Source: Tubiluchus corallicola
Lineage: Eukaryota > Animalia > Priapulida
DNA length: 64,000 nt
Assembly: GCA_030141605.1 (NCBI GenBank)
Contig: JAQGDQ010000250.1
Coordinates: 124,001-188,000, forward strand
Direction of reading: 5' to 3'
Positions 38,626-51,203 of this stretch are shown here, one piece after another. The translations under genes and the position numbers were made by a program. Within the stretch, counting starts at the first letter, position 1. The number at the start of each line of letters is the position of its first letter. The notes below the pieces were generated by a model, which saw only the letters and a program-made list of their open reading frames with translations, did no database searches and had not been told where the DNA came from.

Positions 38626-38706
38626 ATCTCGGAGCAGTATGGAGCCCCAGAGGTGCAGTGCTGAAAGGCACTCACCATTCCATACCCCAACTATGGGTTA
38701 AATAGC
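38626..38706 (+). mobile_element. Possible truncated RTE-clade retrotransposon 5' UTR downstream of the ribozyme
   Basis: Structured segment with a GAAA tetraloop ending CTATGGGTTAAATAGC, which from memory resembles RTE 5' UTR / RTE-SINE sequence; RTE elements are known to carry 5' HDV-like ribozymes. Confidence 0.4.
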
Positions 38707-39424
38707 ATAATATATTTCAGAACAGATCTACGTGTACTTGAAAAATAGAAGTTTTTTTGCATTTTCTCTTATTATAATGAAAATTATGTTTAATAAAAAG
38801 TTAACAGGTTAATTGTATTGTTTACTGATTTTTTTGTTTGAATTTTGTGTGTATAGTAGATGAAATGCTTTTAATTGTTTGCAATATTTATGCAGAAAAT
38901 CGACTTTAAATGAAATTTGTCTTGTCTTACTATATTTTATCCTACATCTTCTCCTTTCCTCTCCTCCCTCTTCTCTCCTTTCCTCTCCCTCTCCTCTTTC
39001 TTGTTGTAACAAATTATTATTATTGTAATTTTTGTTTTTGTGTAATTTTGTGTGATTTGTTTGTATTGTTTTTTTGTTTTATATAATGTTGTATGTTGTA
39101 AATATGTAAATTATAATATGAACTTCAGTTCCAAATAAAAATTAAATCAAATCAAATCAAATCCTCTCCGCTCCTCTCTCGTTTCGCCTCTTTCGTCTAG
39201 CACATCTTCTAGTCTTACGTTAATTTTTAATGCTAATGAACATGGAAAGTGATTTACTTCATAAAATTTCCGTACAAGGCAGTGGTGGATTAAGGCACAG
39301 GCTTTATTAGTTGCAGCTCAGGGGCCTCCGCAGCTGAGGAGCCTCCAGGGACTATGTAAAGTTAAATTACCGTGAAATTACTACGGGATGAGAGCTCAAT
39401 TAATTAATATACTGTAGAATAATA

Positions 39425-39586
<162 letters not shown>

Positions 39587-41139
39587 AAACTTGATACTAT
39601 CAAGGTTGAAGGCAGAAAATGTGGAAAGTTGAGATATGCTACAGCCTGGGCTTGAACCAAGGACGTCTGTGTAAAAAAAGCAGAAGGTTTAGAGTCTAAA
39701 GTGCAACAGCAGCCAAGCCACTGATTTTTTTAAAGGATAACTATTTGTTTTATTTATTGATACCGTACCAAATATAGCAAGCATTGTCTGCAATTTTACT
39801 TTAGTGAAGGAAAATGCGTCTAAATAGCATGCTTAATGTTAACTTGTGTATTTTGAGCCTCTTAGTTTGAGATGAGGTGTGTAAATATATGGATGAATAT
39901 GTAAAAGTTAAATAAAAAATAAGAGAAACTGCTTTTTTCTGTTTACATAGTCGTAGAAATGAGATATGAAACATAGATTTTAAATATTAAAAACGTGAGA
40001 TTTTTAATGAGACTTTTTCGGGGTGGGGGTGGACAGCTTCTACTTAATCACCACTAGGGGTGGACCACATTAAAAAAGGTTGAAGACCACTGGTCTATAT
40101 CATATATTACGTAATTTTTTAATCATTTTAATGCCTTCACAGTTATTCATTAGACCTACTATACACACATTATTCAAAATCGCAGTTATTGTAATTATAA
40201 TACATGTACATATATAATTATCATTTTTGCAAGAGTGCTAAAGATTACAGTAATAATATCTTCATTCGACGTAATACATAATTCAGCAAATGCACGGTAT
40301 AGTCACATAATCCTTTAAAACCAACTAAAACTTATAGTACATCGAAATACAACTATACTTCTTTATATTATCTTTTAAATCAGTTAAAGTTAGTAAGGTT
40401 AGTGCCAGACTTTATACAATTACATAACTGGCATCCGGGGAGGTCGCGGGTTCAAATAAGCATTGAGTTATTAGGATGTTATCCCTGGACCATGTCCTAA
40501 ACGAAATTATTATAATTACTATTATATCACGATTGTACCAGATTATAAGAAATCTTATATGTGTGAATTAACATACCATATTGGTGAAAACATTAATACA
40601 GTAGGTTATACAATACTGTGCTGCCCTCACACTGTAAACAGGTGTTATTTATTCTTGTTGCATTATCTTAATCTTTTACCTATTAAGGCTATTATTTGCA
40701 GTCTGTATGACCTCACGTTTATTCAATGATTCACCTGTATCAAACCATAAAGGCAAGTTGTTCATTATCAAACTCTTTATATTGAGCACTTAAAGTATCA
40801 TCAGCTTATCAAATGATGTCTTATTCAAATTTACCTGTGTTCTTTGATCTCGCCGCTACCTGCAATCATATCTGTTAGAATTTAAGGCAGCGGTACCGTC
40901 TGTTGACCATCCGGCACCTATTTTCCTTGACTCATCGTCGCTTGTCTGTCAACAAGAGATGTCCTTATTTTTGACCAGCATGTACATATGCATACATGTT
41001 GTGCAGCTTTTTTAATAAAAGTTTTAAAATTAATTAATGTTTAAATTAATATAGCTCTTTCACTGTCTTCTATGACTAAGTAAATTTACATTAACAAGGG
41101 TTTTTTGTGGCTGGTCCCACAAATGGGCCCTGTACGACC

Positions 41140-42090
41140 CACAAGGCTCACCCGAAAATTTGTACTGTCACCCAGGAAGTAAACACCAAGGTCGCTTTTA
41201 TCAAATGATACAGGTAAAAACTGGTCGCCAGACTGAACGAACGAAACTCATTTTCCTAGCCTTGTTTTGAGCTTGGGTTCCCGGTCTATAATGCCAGCCA
41301 TCAAGTAAAGCTATTCAACAATGACAAGCGTTTGGAACTGTGCTTACAATATTCGCTTACCACCATTAATTTGACGATGTGCTTACAAATACAGAGTGGT
41401 ACATAACCGTGGTTACAGAAAAAGCGAGTAGCAGTGTAGAAGGATTTATGAATCGACAGAGAACTACCAACCTCTCAAAGTTTAATGTGAAAGCCCCGTG
41501 CATCTTGCACAAGCCTGCAAACTTGAACGGTATGGTCCTTGATCGGAACAGTAACAGGAAAACTCTGGAATTATTTTTTCGACTAAACTGAATAGCCTGG
41601 AAATTCACCTGAATTCAACCCCTTCAAAAAACATTGAAGCTATCCCGAAGGACAGGATGGACGTTAAGATGATAAAAATACGCCATTGGTCGGTATTTCA
41701 CGGATAAGTTTGCTAGACATCTGCAAGATCATGTGTAGGAGGATCTAGAGTTCTTCGAGTCAGTAGTCCAATCATATCCCCAACACTGTAGGCTATACAA
41801 GACGTACAAGGCTTGCTCGCTAAATTTTGAGGACATGATAAATTCGCTATTGTTTCAGCAATACTTTGATGCAATAAATTGCTGGTATTACTGCTTGTTG
41901 TTTTCGCACCAACTAGCAAAAGGTTCTGAACAATCCTCTACAGTGGGACCGACGACTGAGTAGGCTTACTCAACTTTAAAATTTTGCTCATTTTCCAAAA
42001 TTTAGCAAAGACACAGGAGGTACCGTTTTTAAAACTTTGTTATGAACCAAACTGGAATCAAATGCTCACAATTAGCCTAATATTGACCGC
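41140..42090 (-). mobile_element. Possible decayed LINE ORF1 remnant
   Basis: Frameshifted coding-like pieces (KLKTR..SSF, Cys/His PHD-like remnant near 42010-42080); weak. Confidence 0.3.
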
Positions 42091-44792
42091 CTCTTATAAA
42101 GTACCTAAGCGAGCTGAAATTAGTACAAACAAACTAAACAAACACCAAACAAAGATTAAAAACGACGATAATTTTTTTAATCACGAACTTTTAAGGCACT
42201 TTTAAGTTTAATGATTTTCAAAAGCTTAATTCGTTAATTTGTTTATTATTTAGCATAATCAGAACCTAATTACCAACCTGACATAATTTTGTCAATAAAA
42301 AATGATATGCAACGTAACACTTTCACACTCTCAGTTTTGCATTCACTTCTGGAGGTTCCTTCATTACTTCCTGAGGTACAGGTGAAAACTTTCTAAAAAA
42401 AGATGTCCCTTTGTGTCATTACGCTCCTTTGTCTTGAAATTATTCACTGAAGCTTATGTACTGTGAATTTTGAAACACGTATCCATTTCTTTTAACACCT
42501 TGAAATTTCCCCACGCTAAAGGCACATTGTCTAGAACAAATACACATACATTACAGAAGCAAATATCATCTATCACTCTGCTGACATGTTCATGAAACAG
42601 AACGGAACTGCAACATAGCCAGCATACACACTCGGCAGATCAAATATATCAATTAAACTTTCAAATAGCTAGACATGATACTCTGAGTCTGAACCGCTGA
42701 CAAACCTTAATGTAGGCTACTCGGGAGGAGGTCAGGGCATTCTGGTATGCAAGTCTATCTGTAAAAGATTTTTGTAATTGTTAATTTTTCCTAATTTGAC
42801 CTTCGAACTTCGTTGAGTGTTAAAGTAACAAAAATCAAATCTCCGTAAGTTGAGCACAAACAGAAAACGTAATTTTGTTTTGGGGCGTGTGTTACTTTAA
42901 GTAAGTCTATTTTAAATATTTGCTTAGTTAGAAAACTAACCCATACCTGGAGTAAAAAAAACATTCGTACCTGTATGTATTTTAAACTGGGAAGTGGAAA
43001 ACGTATTAATTTAAGAATTTAAGTATATTGATTTTAAATGTTTGCTTAGTGAGAAAACTAACTCTTACCGCGATTAAAAAACTTTATATCTGCTAATATT
43101 TTAAGCTGGGAAATGTGTTAATTTATTTATTAATCACAATTTAACGAATGTGTTGATATGTTGTACGGGAAGATTATTATACTGTTCCAACGGTAATATT
43201 TCAACAAAACGAACGTCTGCTTACTAGTATATTAAAATAATGAACAATTATTTAAAAAAATTGTCAGTTTTTTACTTCAAAGAATACCTAGAGTCTATAT
43301 AACTGATGTGAACTTGTAATGAATCCATTAGGGTAAACGGCAAAAGCTGGTCCGTTACAGAGCCCTGTCACAGCTTCCGTTTTGTCTCGTGTTTTCCTCT
43401 GACCTGATTGTATAGGAGAGATTTATTACACGAATGTTGACACCAGTAATTGTTTCACATTGACTGTTCGTATTAGCAGAATCTATTGACACTGCCAGAA
43501 AGCATCGGCAGTTTACTTTGACAGCTGAGCTGGAACAATGATGGGTCAATAAATATGCAAACACCAATATAAAACACGAAAAAAGAGAAATATAATAAGC
43601 CGTTATTAGTTTAAACTCCATAATTTAGTTGCAGTAATAGCTAAAAGTGATCTAGCTTTTGTTATATTCCAAAGAGTACTACTTTTACCCGCCGATAGGA
43701 GACATGTGTCCTAAAGCTATTACTAGTTGGCTACACAGTTACTATGAACACTTTTTCAGTTTAGTTTAGTTTAGTTTATTCCATTTGCCATTACAATAAC
43801 AATACATAAATGTGGTGAAATTATTACATGTACAATAAAATTATGAAAATAAACATGTAAATAATAAAGTATTGATTGATAAATTTTTGGGACTGTCCAA
43901 AAACACGATCTTGTAGAGCTCAGGCCAATAAGGCAAACTTTAGTTTGGTATAGCCTATTGTGTAACACTGTAACATTTTTAAATTATGCGAGAAATGAAC
44001 CCCCTGCCCTTTCGTGTTTCACAGCTGTCCACATGACTTAATGAATCAATAGACAACCGTAATCCTAATTATTGATTACATCCGGGCACTTGCTTAGAAT
44101 TTTCTTTAAAATTCGTCAATTTTCGTTTAAAATTTTGTTAATATTTTATCACAACATGAGCTAAGATATTAGAAATTAAGACAGTGGAAATTCTAAATGT
44201 TACTCTACCTGAACATGCGGCACTGAAATAGTCCTGCTAAACGGCTTCTTAAAAGAGGCTCTTTTTTAATCCTTCAAGCTCGATCATGCTGTTGTTGGTG
44301 GTGGTGGTGTTGTTATCAAATTTATCTTTGAAAGCAATTACACCCACGTTTTCATCGTAAGAAGCTGAAATTTTGCATAAAGAAGATACGTACGCAGACC
44401 GTAACGACGCCCGATTTCTCATAGCCCTCAAACAGGGCCGTTAAATGGACATGAGCCACACATTGTTACATTATGAAGGCGTTTTTCATAAAAATAAGAG
44501 CACGCGTTATTTGCCTCATAGTGAGTAAATGACAGAGTTTATAAATGACGAATTCCATTTATAAAGCGGAAATAATACCAGAAGTATCTGAGATATTTAA
44601 AGCTTTGCGTAACTTGTGCTGGATCCAAGCACATTAGTGCTTCCATTCTGGTTTCTTCCTGTTTAACGATAATTTCAACCTTGCTTATTTGAAGAAAACT
44701 TAAGCCGACCCAATAAGTATTCCAGTTTTCTGAATGTTTCCATATTCTTCGATTTAATGGCAGCCTGCACCACGATTTACAACCCACCTCGT

Positions 44793-45286
44793 TTAAAGAA
44801 AAACTGAATCCAGTCTTAAACTGTGGCTCAAAATAACTTGCCCTACAAAAATATTGAAAGGAAGCGATACTATCTATTTTTTTCAAGAATGACTTACATG
44901 AGAAAATTGCTACCTCAACAACGTAATTTCGTGGTGACGCGGCTGTTAGAATCATTTCGCCATTCGCTAATTAGATGGGCAATACACAACAATACACTAA
45001 ACTTTAAGCTTCAAATTTGTCCACTGTGTATCACACCGAATTTTGTACTGTAGCACTATAGTTTTTGTAAACATGTGCAACGCACTCATGGTATAGTTGT
45101 GCTGTTGAAAATTATGTTCAATTGTGGTGTCATCGCTAGTTGGACTCGCTCGCCGTTAATTAAGATTTTAAACTATTATTTAATTATTCAGAAACGCTTT
45201 TGCATTATTACGGGTGTTGAAATGTATACTTTTTACACTACTTTAAAATAGAGAAGGATATGAAAAATCATCCAGCTTTCCTTTAA
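44793..45286 (+). mobile_element. TTAA-flanked Kolobok-like MITE, copy C (internally deleted)
   Basis: TTAA-AGAAAAACTG...CCAGCTTTCCT-TTAA; shares blocks such as AAGAATGACTTACATGA and TGTGGTGTCATC with copy B. Confidence 0.65.
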
Positions 45287-48200
45287 AACAGAAATACAGT
45301 CGTTATAGATGTGCAATCGGAATTCAAAGCAGCTTATTATTGATACAACATGCGGTACATAAGTAATACAGGAATTCTAAAATATCTCACAGCATATTAT
45401 TATGTATGCAATAGATTATTTTTTCAGAAATCATATACACATTGCAATCTCTGTGCATCGTCCACTCATATAAATAGTCTTTGATCTGAACCGAAGAACG
45501 ACGCCTGAAGGTGTGGCAAAAGAAGCCAGGGAGGTACCAGAATGGGATGCTTTGTCGTAGAAGAAGCGAAAAAGTGCACTGAAACAACACTAACACAGAG
45601 AAATGTTTTTATAGCAATTAACGTTGAAAAATTTTGGATTTGTTAACAAAAATGAGCTATAACAAATTGCACATGATGATGTTGCAATTTACATTTTCTG
45701 GCGCCGTTTCTTGGCCGCGCCAGTATAGCGACGTAACGAGAGCTTATCTCTTCTAGTGTCATACTCTCCAAAATGTGTGCGGCGTTTATGAGTGTTTCAA
45801 ATTTACAAAAGATTCATACGCAGTTCTAAGGGGGCTCCATGCATGAAATAGCCGTATAAGGTCGTGTGAATATGCTCCAAACATGTTATGAGTTGCGCTC
45901 ATAAGCGTAAAATACATCTGTTTGGCAAAATGGGCTAATGACGTGGAATGGCTAGTATCGGTCAGTAAGCTTCAGACTTTACTAAAAATAACGAAGTAGT
46001 ATAGAAACTGTTTTTCTCTATTATATTAATTAATGAGAGTAAAAGCAGTGTTTCTACTATTTTGTTACGTCTAGTAAACGCCTGAACGTCATTGTCCGAC
46101 ATTAACCAGTGTACAACATTAGCCATTTTACTCTGTATGTACAATTAAGATTTGATTCGTCATTAGCAGCTCTGATGTCTGATGAAGAAACCTGCATACA
46201 GTCAACATGAACCACACTACTGTTCATTTATGGCTTTTAGAACTGCAAATAACGACAGTTCTAGATATTAAGAGCAGTGTCATTTAAATCAAAATCCTGG
46301 TGTTGCCAGTTTTTCCTAGTCTTTTTTTGGCTTCTTCTGTACAGAACGGGTATTCATATCTTGACCTGATTATTAGAATTACAATACACTGTGAATTAAT
46401 ATAAATGAGATGTACATAATAATGAGTGATGAAGTTGCTGACTGGGTATATTGTTTAATGACTGGCTGTAGTTGAGCAATGCCGAGCCTGACCAATATAT
46501 GGGTAAGTGACCATCAAGATCACTTTTCTTCCAAGGGCAGTTTTTATCTCTCGTAGAAACCTCTGGTATTTTTCTCGTTCAGGGAACACGCGTGCGTGCG
46601 TGCTAAAGAATAGACTGAATGATAAGGAGGGGATGAGAGCCTGTCATAGCCAACACATACGCACTACAAATGTATCTACGTAATTATGCCACTGTGTATT
46701 GACATGAATACTTTTCCATAAGAAAACCGTAACTACAACTGTATTGATTTCTTCGTTCTATAGAAAAAAACGTGTATGTAACATTTTCTTTTACGTCATC
46801 TGCTTCATCGATACTCACAATGGAGTGTCCAGTGGCGGTGGCTTCAATGTTTGGCAATGCATGTTTCACTGTTCGTGGTGTGAGGTTCGCCCAAGGCAGA
46901 ACAGATGACTGTGAAAGATTATTATCGAGCATATTCTCCAGTATCTCTCTTTGAGAAAAGTTACAAATATCTTGTAGCGCTTACGGGGGCTGATCCAGGC
47001 ATACTTCCAAGTATTTCTCTTTGAGCAAATTTATAAATAACTTGTGTAGCGCTTCTTAGAGCTGATCTAAGAATTTTGCCAGTTGCTAATAGTGTTCAAC
47101 TACTTTGAAAGTAATCTTACAATAACCAGTGCAATAGCTTCTGCGAATAAGCTTTCTTTTTCTTTTCTTATTTTCTTTCTTTTTTACATTACTGCTATAA
47201 AATGCACTGAAAAAGACTGTGTACACAGTGGCACGCTACAATACTGTGCAGTTAACCAATGTGTTGCTCGAGCTCTAAACTGTAAAACTATGATTTTTTA
47301 AGAAAACAATTTCTTAAATGTGTCTTGTATTTTGCTAAAAGCAAGCTAACTTGTTGGTCACTTATTTGTTTGTTTGTTTACTCTTGCTTTTTGTTTGTTT
47401 GCTTGCTTGCTTGTTCGATCGTTCCACCTTTTTATTGTCTGCTCTGTCCGTCTGCTCGTCCTTTTGTTTATTTGTTATTAGTTTTTTGCGTGTTTTCTCG
47501 TTCATTCAATAACTTGTTTTTCTTCTCGATAATTTACGGTTAGTCGTGCCATGATTTTAGCTACCTGATAATCAAGTAGTTCTAAGGTGCTTTGGTCATT
47601 GCAAAACAAGGTAACTACTAAATTTGTTTAGGATGTCCAAAATCCCGCCAAAGGCCTAGATTTCTATAACCTGCTTATTCAGCTGCTTTAATACAACCGC
47701 CATCCGAAGCGGAGGCAGTATGGGACCACATCTTCCCATGGGGAATCCGCATCTTATCTTCTAGCATGTCAGCCACCCGCAAGATGTGTTGCTACTGATA
47801 CCCGAATTCCAGTCGATGGTTCTCCCACAAATCTGTGCCTTCCCTATTTTCACATTGACATGTTCTTGTTCTTTATATATTTTGACGGTGCATTATGTTT
47901 TAAAATCGACCACAGTCTGTTTATTAATCTAGAAAACTTTACGATTTTTTTTCTTTTATTAAATAATAACGTTAGTTTGTTATGTCAACTGACCTTAATT
48001 CTCCACTCCTGCTATGACTGGTCAACTGTAACTAGTTCGCTTTGCTCCATTTATTGAATAAAGGAGAACCTGTCTTCCCCTAACTGTAACAAGTTTCTCT
48101 GCTGGAACTTTTAGTTCTGCTGTGTTTTGACCTGTAACATTGTAGCAACTTTTGTTTCATAGTTAAACGTTACACGGTTTGGTCATATCTAACCTCTATC

Positions 48201-48699
48201 TGGTTATTCTTGTAAACGAAACTCTGCTTGCAGTGAAACCAATGAAAGCTTACTGGGTCAGTTTCTTGGGGAAACACACTGTACATTCTAGTCTATGTCA
48301 CAACCGTATCTATAAAGTATGAATAAATTTCTTTAAAAAATAACCTCTAAAGTAATCTCAAATAAAGGTTAAAATTTGCCAAAAAAAAAGTTGGCTGCCT
48401 GCCATCGTTGGTTCAATATATTGACGTTCACAAGTTATAAGCACAATACAGATACATGTACATTAAAACATTGCTTTAGGAAAATCTCTGCTAGCTAGAT
48501 GGTTCATTTATGATGATTACCCTTAATAATGAGCTACATTCTGGTATCACCAGAACCAAGGTCAAGTTAGTGATAGACTCTGTCGTTGAACGCTTGATTC
48601 AAGCCTGCATTTTGCTTAACAAGGTAAAAAAATCACAGCGTCTAGATCTGTTATCATCTTGTGATTTTCTTTCTTAAAATGGCTAAAGAAAGAAAGAAC

Positions 48700-49001
<302 letters not shown>

Positions 49002-51203
49002 TTATTTACGAAAAGTAATCTTACCAGTTACAAGTTACATGCCTTATTTTCATGAAGGATAAAGTATTCATATAGTATTTCGAAATAAGATGGTGTAATT
49101 TGAAGCATTACAATTTCAGTGCCACAGAAAGTTGTAATGACAGTCAACGTGGACACCAGTTGCTGCTGATTAACATGTTCATTTTGTTGTTTCTCACTGT
49201 GCATATTATCTATACCTGATGTAAGTAGAACTCGCTGACAAGCATTCTGTTTCATTTATCACAGCTTGAGATGATCTATGATACCTATTGGTTACCTAGT
49301 AGAGACGTTCACATAGCACGACTCCTGGTGGTTTGTTTTGAAAACAAAGTCAGTATCCCGCTGCTGTTTGTGTTGTGCCCTGCATGTATCAATCCATCAA
49401 CCTGAGTTAAACAAGCTCAACGCATGTGAATCTTCAGTTCGACAAATATTCCAGTATGCAACAGTTCCGCATATCGTTGGCTATATAATGCAGTCATTGG
49501 CAGTGTAGTTGTTGGTATAACGAAATTAGTTATGATAGGTTTACATATTAAAACATAATTCCTTCGTCATAATAAGAATAATTGTTTTCTGTACAGTGTA
49601 AGAAATTGTAAAAATCTTATATCTTTACATCTGTATGGCTTACCAACTGAAAATCAATATTATTCTCATACGCGTTTCAGTGATCCTAGTTGATAGTTCA
49701 CAGATTAAAACCTGAAAATATAAAGATAATATATCTTTAGCTAATATTCTGTGATTTTAATCTATCGAGTGTACTTGGCATGCAAGTCTATAGTTCTTCG
49801 TATAGACTTAATTTTGAGCCTTTTTCTTGTACAAATTTTCTTGTTTCCTGATATTTGACGCGTTGGACTAATAGTCTTCATTTTGTACGACTTCATTTCA
49901 ACGATTTGTGAAACCTATCCTTCATGTTACTCTGTTAATGTAGAAACCATTGACAAGTTTCACAAACTCGCCACTACGTTAACGATGTCATTACATGTAT
50001 TACATTCACTAAAATATTAATAATGATGTCGTTAATTTAGTTACAGCCTTGTGAAACTTGGCCCAGTTTCCAACCTTCCAGGCTGCTAAACCACTGCTAA
50101 TAATGGAATTTTTCAGCAGTTCCTTTTTCAAAATTACATTAAACAGACTTGCTTATGTTATTAAATCAAAATTCAAAATTTAATCATTAACTTATGTTTA
50201 TGTTCAGATATTTCGGAAATGCATAAAATTAAGCCACGCTTTCTTTAGAATTAACAAAAGACAGATTTTCAGAAAATTTGCTTGATAATTACTGTCTCCA
50301 ATCGACTTTTCAGGACAAAATTCTGAAATCAATTAGCATTAATTTTTCTTGGCGTTCTGTTTCTTTACGGCTCAGTTACTTTGTTTTATTGCAAATCATC
50401 ATAAGAGTGTACTACAACATAGCCATAATCGCTCAATTGTCAAAATTGTATGCTCAAAAACATTGTATTTATCTTCAGCTGTTTTGTTAAGACTTAGTAT
50501 ATAATTATAACATTATCCGTTTCTGTTGATTTTGCATTAGCTCACTGCAAAGCTGTCAGCACTCAAATCAGTAATATTAATATCGCGTGAACATTCACAG
50601 GCATTATTTAAACTTCAATGAATTTTATCTTTTTCGCGTGACGTCACATCCGCTCTGACAAAACCAATTAGGAATTGAATGAAGCCAATTCCGGTGGGTG
50701 GAACTCAATTAGGAACTCAAGCTGGAAAATAACACAGTAGCTTTCCAACTGCGTAGATACACCTGGGGCGTATGCATGCAGAAGTGTCAGAATATTTCTA
50801 AATTAGGGTGCATAACATGTAGCATGTAACATAGTTTTCACTAGAATGAGACTCCAGTCTCATAAATTGAAAATTGAGACAGGTAGATCGAGTCGCCAAC
50901 CGGTAGAAAACACATTGTATGAATGTGGGTGCTATCCACACCGAAGCGCATATTTTAACAACTTACCCAAAAACCGAAAATGTTAGAAACGAGCTCACGA
51001 ATGTAAATTTTTCTAACGTTATTTCAAAATGAACACACATTTAAAATTTGTTATGGAATATTGAATTTATTTACGGATTGATTAATGTTATTTTCGGGCT
51101 ATGCCATTGTTTTTCGTCAAGCAAAACTTAATCATAAAATTTCAACCATTTTAATGGAGTGTATTCTCAGGCTTATGTTTTAGCATAGTACTTTTTAGAC
51201 AGT

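Noticed and set aside
46179-46200. Hammerhead core CTGATGAAGAAA
   Set aside because: No stem II or flanking helices could be formed.
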